A DNA stretch of 64,000 nucleotides from positions 54,188,001 through 54,252,000 of the forward strand of contig OZ336876.1 in NCBI GenBank assembly GCA_965287045.1, given 5' to 3'. A program made the translations under genes and the position numbers. Shown piece by piece: positions 1 to 13,950 of this stretch; positions within the stretch are counted from its first letter, which is position 1, and every line of letters begins with the position of its first letter. Below the pieces are notes generated by a model, which did not search any database, had not been told where the DNA came from, and saw only the letters and a program-made list of their open reading frames with translations. The DNA is from Carcharhinus amblyrhynchos (Eukaryota).

Positions 1-1804
1 TGTATTTGTGTTGTGAAGTACTGTTTTAGGGCTTGGCACATGTACTGCGACCTCAGATCCCAAATTAGCCCTGGACCTCAATACTAGCTATGCCATGACC
101 AGCAACACTCAGGATAGATTTGAAAGCAGCATTCATTACAAAATAAAGTGTTGGCACTGACTTAAAATGCTTTTGACTTTCCACACTCACTGAACATAAA
201 TATTGTCAATATTGTAACAGCCGGTGAGTCCTTGAACACTTGGAATGTAGCCATGTAGGATCTCAGTTTATGTGCCTCCCCTTTGTGCCCCATATTGCCC
301 TATTCTTAAACCCTGGCCATCTTCTTCCTAGTAAGTGCTTTTCATATTGTCCAAGCCCTACTTTGTAATCCACTTCACCATTAATATCTCTCTCTTGACC
401 TATTCTCTACAATTTATCCACTGAGCTCCTATCCTGCTGCTATTTCGAGCCCCTTGGTTCTCCTGGTTTGATCTGTGCTTTTTTTAATGCTCTACTCTAG
501 GCATTATCACCCTGAACATTTACTTTCCCATATTTGCGTGCTTAGTTCACTTGCTGCAACGCTGATGTATCTCCCCTATTCTGCCGTTCAACATCATGCC
601 TCTCCATCTAATTCTCACAAATAATTTTTCCAGGTTGTCTCTGATTTCACCAGATCTACAAAGCCCCCAGGAGTCCCTCCCTGCATATTAGCCTACAGAC
701 TGGCACTAGCTTAGAACTGGTTGGCAATATGTCGTCTATTTGTAAAGTTTTGCTGTTTTAAAAAAAAAGAACATTATTAATTTTAGGTATATGTTCCCCT
801 GAATTTGATTTATTGTTGAGCATTTTTGGATCATTTCAATATTTTCTAATCTCGCCATTTTCCCTCTTCACTTGGGAGCTCTCAAACAACTGTTTGGCTA
901 TACCTAGCCAAATATTGGATGATATCCCGGGTTGAGAGCATCTGGTGCCCAACAAAGCCTTGCGTCTTTAAAAACTACTGTTATTTTCAATCCAGAATCT
1001 CTGGAATTGGATTTCTGATTTCCTAACTGTCTTGGAATCAGATATTTTCATTTACTTATATTTTGTGAATTCATCATAGCTGACCCACCCATTTATTATT
1101 AGCATGCAATTAAGATTTTTAACCTTTTTTTATGTTGTTGGTACAAGTGTCATGCTCTTTAAATCATGAGTGCTAGCAGACAATACACTCTCAGTATGCA
1201 ATGCAGTCCCAATTTGCGCATATATATATATAATGGCAAATAAACAGAAACATTTGGTTTAAATACATTCTTCATGCTATAGTATCTTTATTGTATATAA
1301 ATGTCCCTCACACTTATCCCAGTGATATTTTACTGTGGCTTGTCAAATACTTAATAGCAATGTTGAAGGTGCATGTAAACACTGATGTGCAATTGGCAAT
1401 GGGGCATACAGCACTACCATATGTACATGCACCAATTTAGAAAGTTCATGATGAGCTGAATTAGTGCCAGCCAGAAACAGGTCTTTTGAATGGTTTTCTT
1501 GCAAAGAAAAGATTAATCCTATTTAAAAGTAGACCTGACATATTTTCTGCACTTAATGGAATCTTGCTGGAGCATGTGTCCACAGCTGCTGGCAGCCATT
1601 CAGTATCTTAGTGAAGAACTCATTCCTTGTGTATAGGTCAAGACAGTAATTGTTGGTAGGCAATTCTATAACACAAGATATCACAACCCAGTCTGATTTT
1701 AAAAAAGAAGTTATATATGCATGTATGTGTTATGTGTAAATATATCTATGTATGTATATGCTTTTATATACTATATTTATAATGTTTTATATATTTCCTT
1801 TGAA

Positions 1805-3370
1805 AGTAGCAATGCTGGCAGCAAAGTTGTATTTGCTGTCCATCTTTATTTACCCTCATTATGGGTAAGGCTGTATTAATTGCTTATTCATGGTTACTTT
1901 GCACAGGTGGTGGCAAGCCTCTCCCTTGAACTTCTACAGTACTTGTGGTGATAGTGCTCTTACAATGGAGTTAGGTATGGCATTGATTCAAGGGCGAGGC
2001 AGGAATGCAATATACAGACATGCGCCTTGTCCATTTTTTGAATGATTAAATGGGCTCCTTCTGTACTGTAGGGATTCTGTAGATTCCATTGACGTAACCT
2101 TGGTGAATTGCTGCAGTAAATTGTACATATTTTAGTCACAGTACACCAGTGATATGGGGTGAGTATTGATACTGGTGACAGAGATCAAACAAGTAAACTG
2201 CTGTTCTGATAGTATTAAGCTTCTTGATTGCACTCACTCAGGTGAATGGGTATTATTCCTTTACACTCTTGAGACAATAGAGAAGAATTAAGGATACAAA
2301 CATGAACTTTTTGTCACAGAGTGCTGAACCTCAGTTAATGTGACCGATCCAGTTAAATGTCTGGTCAATTTTAATTGCCATAATGTTGTTGGGGAAGGAG
2401 TGGGAAATTGAAGGTCAAGGGAAGCTGGCAAAGTTTTTTGTCCTGTTGGAGATAGTTATTTCTTAGCATCTAAATTTTGCCTGTCATTTATCAACTCAAG
2501 CTTGGATGCTATCCAGATCCTGCTGTGAACTGGCAAGTGCTCCTTCGTGATTACAATAGTTATGAATGGATTTGAACAATATAGAATTGCCATTGACTTT
2601 ATGGTGGAGGGAAGGTCATTAATAAAGAAACTGGATATATTTTGGTAAGGACACTGCTCTGAGGTTCCCCATAAGCAATGTCTTAGGGCCATGATCATTG
2701 ATTTCTGACAACAACAACCACCTTATTTTGTGCTAGGTACATCTCCAGTTACTGGATTGTTTCTCCATTAACCACAATTGAGTTCTGTTCTTACAGGACT
2801 ACTTGATGCCATACTCAGTTAAATGCTGACTTAATGTAGAGGGCAGCCACTCTCACCTTTCCACTAATAATCAGCTCATATCCATAGCCGAATGAAGGAA
2901 TCGAACCTGAGCATTGGTGAGCAGATGATTATTGAGTAAATGTCAATTTTTGCTAGCATTAATTAATCCTATTATCACATTGACAATTGAGAGAAGTCTG
3001 TGAAGGTGGCATTTATATTTATCTCTTAGAATTGAACTGTTTCTTCTGGACCAGAATGTGATTGGGTAGTCATTCACATCAGGAGCGGATAGCTCTGGTG
3101 TACAAGTCTTCAGCAGTACAGCAGGGACGTTATCGGTGTGTATAACATTTTATTGTGTCCAGTTTACTAAATTATTTCTTACCATCTTGTGGAATGGACC
3201 AAATTGGATACTGTGGTGATAGGACATTAAGTGGAGGCTGAATAGGTACATTTGGCTGAAGGTGTTTTCAGAGATTTTGGTTTTGTCTTTTACACTTGTG
3301 CTGGACTCCAGCATGGTGAGAATGGACATATTCGTGGAACCTCTTCCTCCTATCTGTTACTTGATTACGC
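1805..3370 (-). mobile_element. Old, heavily decayed CR1-type LINE fragment
   Basis: Collinear with the better-preserved copy at 18975-20265. Minus ORF 2456-2698 contains SSFFINDLPSTIKS, an RT relic. Confidence 0.7.
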
Positions 3371-6331
3371 AAAATACATGATTGGCTCCTCAGAGATTTA
3401 CTTTGAGCTGTTAGTAATTCTAACATCACCTGGGATCCAGCCATGACTTTTCCAATAATGGTTGCTGGTTATATATCTGAAGCAAACACCCTGGTTGATT
3501 TTGTTTTTTTTGTGTTTTCTAGCCTGGAGTACGGTCCCAATTCTTGTGATTTCCCCATAACCACATCCCACCCAGTGCACACATCGAACTGTCTTAATAT
3601 AGGCGAGATCATTGAACGCAGACTACGGAATGAGCTGGAATCTCCTGTTCTGCATAGCTCAGTATCACCTGGCTGTGCACTGACCCACTAAATCATGCAT
3701 TCCATTTGTAATGTGCCAGTTTGCAAGGATAAAACAAAATTTTAATCTATTGTTAAATATTTCTGCATCAAAAATGTATTTTATTGACAACTAACTACGT
3801 TGGTATTGAAATGGTTAAAACTTCACTTAAGGTTAATAATAAATGCAATTTATTAAAAAAAAATGCACAAATCCATTTATTTAGGATGCAAATGTTATCT
3901 GTTTGTCATAGAATTGTCAGATACCTGACAAGCCAAGGGCAGCAATATCAATTAGCTAAGATTTTCTAGTTGATTATTTGTGCACGAGACTAAAGGTACT
4001 TGGGTAATGTTATGAGAATACGCATGAAGCCCAGGTGTGCTTCAAACAAAGTAAAAATAGTGCACGGCATGCAGTACAGCAGCAACCGCGGGGTAGTTTA
4101 TTAATAGGTTTAAATAATTGACTATTGGCCACAGGAAGATTGAATAGTCAATTTCAATAAACCCCATGACTACATGCAGCCGTAAAGGCTTCAGCATAAA
4201 TGTTGAAAATAAAGTGTATGATACGTATGTAAATATGTTTTTTGTGACCTGCGTATCTGATTGGAATAAATCCAGAATTAATCCAATCAAACTCACACTA
4301 AAACCCGATTTTAAAATCACAATTTAAGTTGTGATACTATTGCATTTGTACACTAAAGGATCAAGTGCTCTATTCTCTCTCACATTTTTCTTCTGAAGAA
4401 ACTGTGTAATGCTATTTCCACTGCACTGCGCTCATTTTTAGCATTGCAATAAGAAGGGATCCTTACTCATTGGATGACATGGTGGTCAGTACACTGTACA
4501 GCACTACGAAGATGGTGAGTCCTGGAATACATGTTGTATTCTAAATGTCAATCATGATGCTGTGGAGAGGCACCAAACTCAAAGGCAGATGCTTTGCCAC
4601 CAAATAAAAGTAGCTGGTATTTAAAGAAAGGTGCTGACAGTGGGCTGAAGGCAAGTCTCATTGTCCCAGCAATGAATAGTTCATGGCGCAAAGGAACTGT
4701 GATAAGGGTAGGGGAGAAAAATACCAATTTTAAATCAGGATTTCTTTAGAGGAAAATATGGTCATCAGCACTAGAGATAAATCCAAGAGGCTTTTCCTCC
4801 ATTTAGAGTATTTTGTTTTCCCACTGTTCTTAAATTAATGGAAACTTTATTTTTTATTTGCATTGATGAGTTTGCCATTGCAATACTTTTTCAAGACGAG
4901 CATTGACTGTTTCATAAGCTTGAAAAAAGATGCATTTAATTATTGTTTACAGAACCCTATTTACAGAATGCCGTCAGCTGTTTATTTCACCCTATTTCAT
5001 TATTTCAAGGTGTTAAAAATAATGTGATCCAAGAGGCAATGATGCTTGTTGTCCTGCAGAAGCAACTTGAAATTGAAAACATTTGAGGTATCCATAACAA
5101 TTATGAGGGAAGACCAGGGCACTTAATGGAGGTGTAATCAATTGGCACCTGGATTTTAGAAATTTAAATTAGGGTTTGGTTGGATCAGTAAAAATGGTTA
5201 CGTGTTTACCATGGAGGCAACATATAGATATTTTCTGATGCAGCTCAATTTTTGAGTCCAGCTCATTCTTGCAGATAAAAATTAACAGATGTTTCCAAAC
5301 TGAGCTGAAGCTTTCCACGTGGAAGGTGCTGAATTCGGATTGGAATTGCTTATCATTCACGTGCTTCAAGCCGCCTGCAGGCAGGGAATTTAGGATAAAT
5401 GCAGTAAACAAAATACTAAAGCCTTGTTTTTTTTTAAACAGTCCCGGAGAGGCAGTAAATTCTGCCCGTGATGTATACCCTGCATTGACTGAAGCTGGGA
5501 TAGATGAAACAACTTTGAAGCCAAATGCCATACATTTTACAGTGTACTCTTTTATAACAAGTGTATTAACAATTGAGTTCTAAATAACCTTATCTAAAAC
5601 CTTTTTCTAAATAATCTTCTGAATAGTAAGTTCTTAAATGATGTTGTGTCTTTAATATATTTTATTATTGCTGAACTGTGTTGCCTATGCTGAGTGTCAA
5701 GTTCCATAACATTAAACTTTGCCAAAATGTGTTTACATATTAGCTCACTATTGTCCAACAGTTGAAATTATGCAGTTTTTGTAATGGGTTTTATGCAGAT
5801 TTTCTCCTGCTCCTGATTACTTTCAGGTAAAGAACACAGTTGTTCCTGCAACCTTGTTTATGAAGTTAAATTCTCTTACAGCCTCAAATGAAATCATAAG
5901 AACACTTTTAAACCGCTAGTTTATTGTCATAAAGCATGGTTAGAGTCCTTGGGTTCTGAATGGCTGGAACAACAGAGTAGGTGGGCTGTAAAGAAATAAA
6001 AGCTATTCTTTCAAATTTAGTTGTATTGCCATTTTCTTTATTTCTCATTCTCTACTTTTCTTCTCTTTCATGAAAGTTCTTTTTGGGAATCCACAGTTGC
6101 TGAAAGGCATCTCATGTCTAACCCAAGTTGTCATTAAATGTGTGATTCTATATAATCACCATTGGTAGTTTGTTCAACTTTGGCTGGACCCACAGTTCAA
6201 GAGTTAATTCATAGCATCCTAAAAGCTGTCCCTGCTGAGAGTTTTGCTACCTGGGGGCAAATCTTAAAAAGAAATTGAAGCTTCATCAGCCCCAGTCCTT
6301 AAGTGGCTGATTTTCACTTTGGACAAAGACC

Positions 6332-6653
6332 GGGCGACACAGTGGCACAGTGATTAGGACTGCTGCCTCACAGCGCCAGGGACTCGGATTCAATTCCAGC
6401 CTTGAGTCACTGTCTATGTGGAGTTTGCACATTCTCCCCATGTCTGCGTGGATTTCCTCAGGGTGCTCCGGTTTTCTTCCATAGTCCAAAAATGTGTGGG
6501 GAGGTTGATTGGCCACGATAAATGAATCCTAGTGTCAGAGGGATTGGCAGGGTAAATATGAAGGGTTATGGGAATATGACCTGGGTGGGATTGTGGTTGG
6601 TGCAGACTCAATGGACCGAATGGCCTCCTTCTACACTTGTAGGGATTCTATGA
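6332..6653 (+). mobile_element. tRNA-derived V-SINE (HE1-like), full length with CR1-like tail
   Basis: A/B-box-like head (gtggcacagtgattag...ggattcaattcc), V-domain tgtggagtttgcacattctcccc..., tail gaatggcctccttct...gattctatga. Confidence 0.9.
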
Positions 6654-6739
6654 ATGGCGAATGTGGTTCTGCACTCTGCCTTGCCCTTGGCAAAACAACA
6701 GTGATGTTTTGATGACCATACTTCTACATTTGACCAGTG

Positions 6740-7030
6740 TGTGTCTCAGATGACATGAAAGATCTCATGGCACTCCTTCAAAAAAAAGCAGGGGAGTTAT
6801 CTCAGTGTCCTGACTAATATTCATGCTTCAATCAAGATCACTAAAACTGATTATCTGACTATTATCATATTGCTCTTTGAGGGAACTTGCTGTCTGCAGG
6901 TTGACTGCTCCACCTCCTACACTGTTATAGCGACTACACTTAAAACAGTACTTCATTGACTGGAAAGTGCTTTGGGAAGTCCGGCGGTTGTGAAAGTTAC
7001 TGTGTTAATACAAGCCTTTCTTCTTTCTTT
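6740..7030 (+). mobile_element. Deu-domain SINE (SacSINE1-like), 3' part
   Basis: aaagatctcatggcact...gcaggggagttatc...gattatctgactattatcatattgct...gtacttcattgactggaaagtgctttggga and a tctt-repeat tail, recalled as the Deu-SINE consensus. Confidence 0.8.
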
Positions 7031-9630
7031 CACTTGGACTGCCCAGCCAAAGGAGTGTATTGGTTCAGGTCCATGATTTCTGCAGCACTGCCGCTCCCAA
7101 TCCCATCTGGCAAAGGTTGTGAAATCAGCCCCTATCACCCCGTTTGACATTAGGTGGTGCATTTATTCACCAAGCCATCAGGAGAACTCTGTTGCTACTT
7201 AAGTAAACATACTTTACAAAAATGAAATTGGGAATAAATAATGCAGTGATTTGCTGCTACGTTTCCTGTCAAGATGCTTTGCAATTTTAATTAGATGGAA
7301 GCCTGGGAACTATTGCACAATGTAACCTTTAAAGAACAGTCTGTAACTGCATCACTCAACATCACCAGATAAGCTATCACTCTGAAATCAAATGTTCAGG
7401 CACTAGGGAAAAATGGAAGAATGTGCTTTTTTTTGCTTCTACTTTTGTGGTATAAATAAATTATGCAGTACACTGGACTATCGAAGAGAAACTCGTGCTG
7501 ACCTTAAAACAGTCTGCTAGCTAATGCAGTTGTATTGCTGGTTGATTATTTTATGGGATCCCATACTATGTTCTGCTTTAAGGCCAAAAGGTGCAAACTA
7601 GATGCAGAGATGAGCAGAAAGAGCACTAGCCCCTGCTTTTGAGCTCAATTCTCAGTTATCTTTGTGACTGTTAATAAAGATTTCTAAAGTCAATACTGAG
7701 GAGCCAGGGTGCTTCTGTTTTTGTGTTTGCTACAACTGAGTCCTGGCTGTGATCACAAGCTATCCATCATACAATCTTTTTTTATCCTGTGGACTGTGGC
7801 ATGGTTGATTGCTTTACCACCTGAGTGCTTTACGACAAATGATCATCTGAAAGAATACAAATCATTCAAGACAACAGCATATAGACAATGCGTGAACACA
7901 ACAGCTGCCTTTTTTCTGACAGACATAGTAAGGCCATAACCAGGCTTTTGATTGCTTTGCATTGTCTGCATTGTTACTTCGTTTGATGGAATTATTTAAA
8001 ATCAAATTAAATTGATGACTGGTCATTTGCTGAAGCTGGGATCACTAAAGAAATGGTGGCTATTATTCCATGTACAGAGCTAAAATTAACATTATTTTGC
8101 ATTCTTTTGAATATAAATTTGATACTTTTAAATTTAACCAGAAACTGAAGAGTCTAGTTTGACTTAATTGTCCTATTTAACACTGGATAACGTGGTGTCG
8201 AAGCACAGATCAGTTTAAGTGGTTTATTGCAAAACAGTTTTACAATAAATCTGACATTTTATGGAAGATTGTGAATTCCTTTATAACAACCTGATATCAC
8301 AAATCCAATATTTGTTATAAAGTTATAATCCCAAAGTCTGTAAGGTCCAATGTTATTTCTAATCATTCTAATTGGCAGGAACTTCAGTGTCATACTTGTC
8401 AATCTCAAAACTAATGTATTGTGTATTTTGTCTGACTTGCTGTACTTTCTAAGCAGTGCATGGTGGGATTGCAGGATCCATGTTTTCTCATTAGTTGATT
8501 GCGACAGAAACAAAGAACAGTTGCAATGTTAATCACCTCTTATGTCTGCTTGTATACTGATTAATCTTGAGAGGTACCAGGACCAAAATGTAACATTAGT
8601 AAAAGGCGGCAGAGAGCTTCAATAAAAAAGCTGACAGTGCCAAAAGAGCATGAAGCTGAAAAAACAAGCCTTAAGTATGGGCTTTCTGATGCTGCAAAAC
8701 AAGGAGATAGGCTGAAAGTCCAGTGGGACACAACTTGGTTTTAAATTGAACTGCAGTTTTCTGCACCCATTGTTCCATTACTTGTAGTACTGGGGAAGCA
8801 GCAATGATGAGTTTAAATCTTATTGATAGGGCATGAAAGTTCAAAGGATCAAAGTCAAGACCTCAAAAGTTTGGTTTTTGAACGTTCATTGTAAATTTTC
8901 CAACATGTGAGTGTCTACTATACTTCTGTCTTTCCAGCCAAATTAATTCTGCCAGAGGGGTTAGTCATGAAAAGATAAGGACTTCAACTATGTCACCTGC
9001 CATGCTTTAAGATTTAAATCCAGTTGCAATATACTCACTTGTGAACTAAAAGCTCCTTAAAACATGCACCTGCATTAATCCTAACCAGAAGAATATCCCA
9101 CCCAAAAAATGTGTGCGAAGATTTATACATTTGTTTGGCTTTCCCAAAGGACATGTGATGCACATTGACTTGTCAAACATTGTTACTTTAGGGTATTTAT
9201 TCAAGTTCGTTAGCAACAAGCAGGCAACACCTGGATAGAGGAGAACACGTGGACTAAAGTTCCTGTGATCATGCTTTCTTTGTTTATGGAGAATGAATTG
9301 CTATTTATTGCTGTTTGAAAAAAAATTAAATTAAAAAATCTCTTTTTGACATTCTTGAAACGTATGGAATTATTGTATATGTATGAAGACATAGAAAATG
9401 TACAAATAATAAACTCTGGAGCATTTTAAGAGGCAACTTTTGTTTGCTTATGAAAATTTATATTTATTTAAAAACTGTTTAGGTAGACAAACTCACGAGT
9501 AGCGCAGTACGTTTCCTGCTTCTGTACTCCTGGCACACTGCAGATGCACAATGCAGTAAACTGTATTCACAGGCTCTGATTTCAATCTTCACCTTTAAGA
9601 AGCAGAAAATTTGCACTTAAATACTTTAAC

Positions 9631-9668
9631 GTGTGTGTGTGTGTGTATGTATGTATAGACGTGTGTGT
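9631..9668. repeat. Imperfect (GT)n/(GTAT)n microsatellite
   Basis: Seen directly. Confidence 0.9.
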
Positions 9669-10821
9669 TTACCTCGGAGTTCTTACAAAAACTGCTGCAG
9701 GATTACAGGTACTGAATACTTCAATGCTCTATATTGACTGTGGGTTAGTGAGTACGGTTAGAAGTACAACACTGACCAGTTTGTGTGGTTAGTGAACAGT
9801 CAGATCAAGTTGAGCTGCTTTGCTAATTAGTGATACAGGGATGTTGTTAGAGGTGAAGATAAGTATAATAATCTGGTGCTTGACTGAATTTTTTTTACAC
9901 AGAGTGCAAAACTTCTGGTTTCAGTGTGATTACATTCAGACTGACAGACCAAAGGTTAGACTCTAATCTCTGCTGAGTTGTTTCATGAGATGTTTGCTTA
10001 ATTGATGTTTATTGTAGTGAATAAGGAAAAGCTCCCTGCCTTGCAGGATGTTAGGAAGACTAAAATATCTCCACTATTGTATGTTGGTGTATAGGGCTTC
10101 TAGTTACTGTCACTCTTTGACTCAATGACTACTCCTTGGATTTTCTTAATTTTTTGTTGAATTGATGTTTAAGCTTCTGCTGAGAACATTTAGAGAGGGA
10201 ACATTGGTCACGTGAGAATCCTTAGCCACCTCTCTAAAGGCTAAATATGGGGCAACACAGATAGTATGGATGATAAGGTTTGTAGACTGTCTATTTCTGA
10301 TCAAGGTAGACACCGTAAGAAGGATTGCTTCTCAGCAAAAAAGAAACAGTATTTCCCTAACAATTAATTTCTACGGAGCGGTGCTGGGGAATTCTGCTTT
10401 CCTTAAACATATGCCCTGTTAAAGGTAAACGATTGTGAAACACCATGGAATACAACGTTAAACTGAAATAATTTTATCACAGCATAATAGCCACGAAGGT
10501 ACACCTCCCTGCATTTTCTTAATTCACAGCCTGCTGTTGTTGTAGAGTTGCAAGCTGCAGCCCACGTCCAGTCTTCACAGCTGCAGTAAAGATTCAATCT
10601 GGTGTCTTCCCAGGACCTGGAACTGTGGTGGGAATACTGCCAAATGGCACCTTTACTGAGAACTGAGTGAATGTGAATAGAAAGTTCCACTTGCACTGAA
10701 GCTCCGACTTTAAATTTGTTGAAAATGAATCATGTAAAAGGTGTAAAGCACTTATTGGATCATTAGCTGTTGGTAAAATCTCCCGCCTCCTGATAAGCAG
10801 TTTGAAGTTGGCCTGCATTTA

Positions 10822-10917
10822 GGTGATATTGATTCAGGATGTTGGAAACTATTAGAAAATTCCATTCGTAATTTTAGAATTCTGTAACCGTTTCCAACAT
10901 CCTGAATCAATATCACC
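10822..10917. repeat. Perfect 28-bp inverted repeat with 40-nt spacer
   Basis: GGTGATATTGATTCAGGATGTTGGAAAC (10822-10849) is the exact reverse complement of 10890-10917. Confidence 0.97.
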
Positions 10918-11187
10918 GACTTTGCAGCTGCCTCCTTACCTACTTTGCATTGTAGCATAGGTATTGGTTTTAAGACTGTGATATTTGTAAAGAAACTGTC
11001 CTGTATTGAAGGTCCGAGGTCCAGATGAGGGAATAGAATTAAATGGTCAATGCATGGAGCCTGGAACAGTTTTGTATATGGTAACTACCGTGGGCATGAT
11101 TTATTTTGGGGAGATGCATTTCAATCTTGATCTGTACGCCCAGTCATTCCTTGTGTAAATTAATGTACCATTTGGAGTATTTTGGAA

Positions 11188-11456
11188 TTAAAGTAAAGTT
11201 AAAGTTTATTTATGAGTCACAAGTAAAACTTACATTAACACTGCAATGAAGTTACTGTGAAATTCCCCTAGTTGCCACAGTCTAGTGTCAATGCACCTAA
11301 TCAGAACATCTTTCTGAATGTGGGAGAAAACTGGAACATCTGGAGAAAACCCACATAGTCATGGGGAGAATGTGCAAACTCTATATGCTCAGTGACCGAA
11401 GCTGAGAATTGAACCTGAGTCCCTGGCATGTGAAGCAGCAGTGCTAACCACTGTGT
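11188..11456 (-). mobile_element. V-SINE, second subfamily (aataaacttt-type tail)
   Basis: Reverse complement of the V-SINE head and V-domain. The tail is shared with copies at 15590, 34028 and 56988. Confidence 0.85.
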
Positions 11457-12156
11457 TAACATGAACTGGGTCTTAATGGGGATTCTAAAAAATTAAAAAT
11501 ACAAATTTAGATTTAATTTTCGAAATAAGGAAAAAAAACTATTTATTCCTCTAAGACCCTGATATCTAAACTGCCACTGAAATGCCAATATTCTAATCTC
11601 TTTATTTGGTTCTGTTCTCATCCGTTGTTTTTTTTTGAAAGCTAACTAGCTCCCTCTTTTAGCCTAATTATGTTAATCTACTGAGAAAGGGAGTGGTTTC
11701 TATGAGAAATAGATACTGAGTAAACAATGGATTATCTTGTTGGCAACCCTCCCGTATACAGGTACCAGCACAAAGAACGAGCAGGTTGTGTTGAATGCTG
11801 AAAATGATTGGGGAGACATTTTGGTTGAGTGCTAAATTCTCAACACTTTTCCACCTAATTGTAAACACTATTTACATTTCTTTACAACCGCTTTGAGTGA
11901 ACTGCCTGTGGGAACAATTCACAATATGTTTACCCTGGGTCCATAAAATGATGAATTCCATGAACTTATTTGAAACATTACAAACTGTTTGGTTTAAACA
12001 AAATCACAAATCGTTATTTCACAACACTGTTATGGTGCGCAAACTATCACTCATCTGCTGTGCTGTTGTCATTTGAGTTTGCAGTAAAAATAACAAAGCA
12101 GTAGCTCTCGGCTTATCAGCAGCCTCCTGAATTAGTATTGTGTTGTCTTTCTGTAG

Positions 12157-12261
12157 GAATGAGTGGCCACGCAGAAGTAGTGAGAGTTGTGTACCATCCA
12201 GACAAAATCTGCTTTGAAAAACTGCTCAAGGTCTTCTGGGAGAGCCATGACCCAACACAAG
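12157..12261 (+). CDS. MSRA: MSRA internal coding exon (equivalent to human exon 4), 105 nt
   Basis: Acceptor ttgtctttctgtAG and donor G|GTACAG. Translates (x)[34 protein letters not shown](G), with the MsrA GHAEVV and FWxxHDPT motifs. Length and phase 1/1 match the vertebrate exon. Confidence 0.97.
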
Positions 12262-13774
12262 GTACAGTAATGAATAGACCAGTTCCTCATTATATTCCTA
12301 ATTACTGCTGTGGTAATTAGTGTTTCAGTAACATGTTTCAAATGAACCTTGAAACCACATGTGGTCCAAACACCGTGGAAAAAGAAATGGACAGGCGGAG
12401 TCTTCTTTTAAAAAACATTTGAGACAATTGAAGCAGAAAAAATACTGTGACTGCTCAACTCGGGGCTGTTAGTGTTGCACTGAAGAGATTTGGTTTCCTT
12501 GGCTGAACGGGAAATATTGATGTTGTTCATGTACAAGTCTGCAGCACAGTTTATTTCACCTTCTCAACTTGTGTGGAGTGATGAGCATTGTGGACTTTTT
12601 TTGGTTAATAATAGTCAGTACTTTTGACTGTCTACAAAGGCCATAAGTACGTTTTGTAGTTTTGGTCCCTGATATACATTTTTGCTGACCCCAGTGGATT
12701 AATACCATATAAATTATGAGAATGTAAATGTTGGTGAGGGGTTAATCTGCACAGTTTAATCAGTCGATTATTGGGTTTCCTTTACAGTTTTTGTATAATG
12801 CTCAGATTTTACATCATATTAAAGAAATGATTTGCAAAACTGAAATATTAAAAGGTAGAATTATGAAAATAAATGAATGAAATCTGAAATCATTTTGTTA
12901 TTCATAGAGCTTTTTAAAAACACCTCTCCTTAGCATGCTCATGCTCTAGAACTTGGCTCACCATGTGTTAAACATACAACTTGTGGTGCTAAGAGACAGG
13001 AAGATTTCTTCACCTGCACTATTCAAAAGATTTAGCCACAGTGTATGGACATTGCTGGTTCATTCTTTTAAACTGCTGGTTCACCTCTGGACCTTACTTG
13101 GGCTTATCTTATTTCTACAATTTAATTCTGAACTCTAATGACAACTGTACGTTTCCTTTGGCTGCTTGTGCCTGTAGGCATGGGTAGCTTGGTAAGTGTG
13201 CCTATTGGTCTGGAAGAGCATGGGGAGCAACCAAGAAGACAGGAGAGAGCAGAAACTGAAGAGGGTACTTTGTGTTGTGGGATGTGTTATTCAGTAGGTT
13301 TCATGAAGAGGTTCTGCGTCTTGTATGATTTAACAGTAAATGTTTATTAATCACTGGTGACTATATGGATATATATAGAATCTAAGATAGGAGCTGTCTC
13401 CATACTTGCCTCTGCACACGTCTCTGTCCAGTACAAGACTGTCCTCCTATACTTGAGTCAGTATACTGTGGGTAGTGCAGTGCTCAGTCCTATGTTAGTC
13501 CTTTTGATACCAGACCCTTGTTGTACAACCTTCAGGGAACTCTTTGTCTGTCTGAATTCAGCAAAAGAGCAATATGTGAGGTGCTTTGCCTCACAAAAGA
13601 AGCTGTCACTGAGCTATGTTACTTCCTGTAGTCGCAGATCTAGCTTTGAGTCAAGATATGAGCAACACTGCTGTGGCTATCACGTTCTTTATGATGGTCA
13701 CCGCTTGTGTAACTGACTCTGTGCAAACTGCAGCATGAATTTCTGTTGAGATGACACGAGTGACAACACCAGGT

Positions 13775-13950
13775 TGTGTATATATATAGCACCTTTCAAT
13801 ACATAATATTCCAAGGCATGTCAGAGGAGTGTTTTCAATCAAAATGTAACACTAGGTGTGAGATAGATGTGAGATATTTGGTCAAAAGCTTGGTTTTAAA
13901 GCAAACTTGCTGATGGATGTAGTTCCATGCGAATGAAGATTTAGGAGGTG
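13775..13950 (-). mobile_element. L2-type LINE 3' end relic
   Basis: tatatagcacctttcaat...ccaaggcatg...caaaatgtaacac...caaaagcttggttttaa resembles the shark L2 3' end shared with Deu-SINE tails. Confidence 0.55.

Noticed and set aside
1441-1490. Hammerhead-like string catgatga-gctg...cagc-ca-gaaac-ag-gtc
   Set aside because: The core needs insertions at two places, helix I is poor and there is no PLE context; probably chance.
4008-4321. CpG-containing TG...CA segment as a possible short solo LTR
   Set aside because: No TSD and no second copy in the window.
6956-7147. ORF containing KGVYW, superficially like the MSRA upstream exon (..KGVYSTQVG..)
   Set aside because: It lacks GCFWG and GYxGG and a matching exon structure, and it starts inside a SINE tail.
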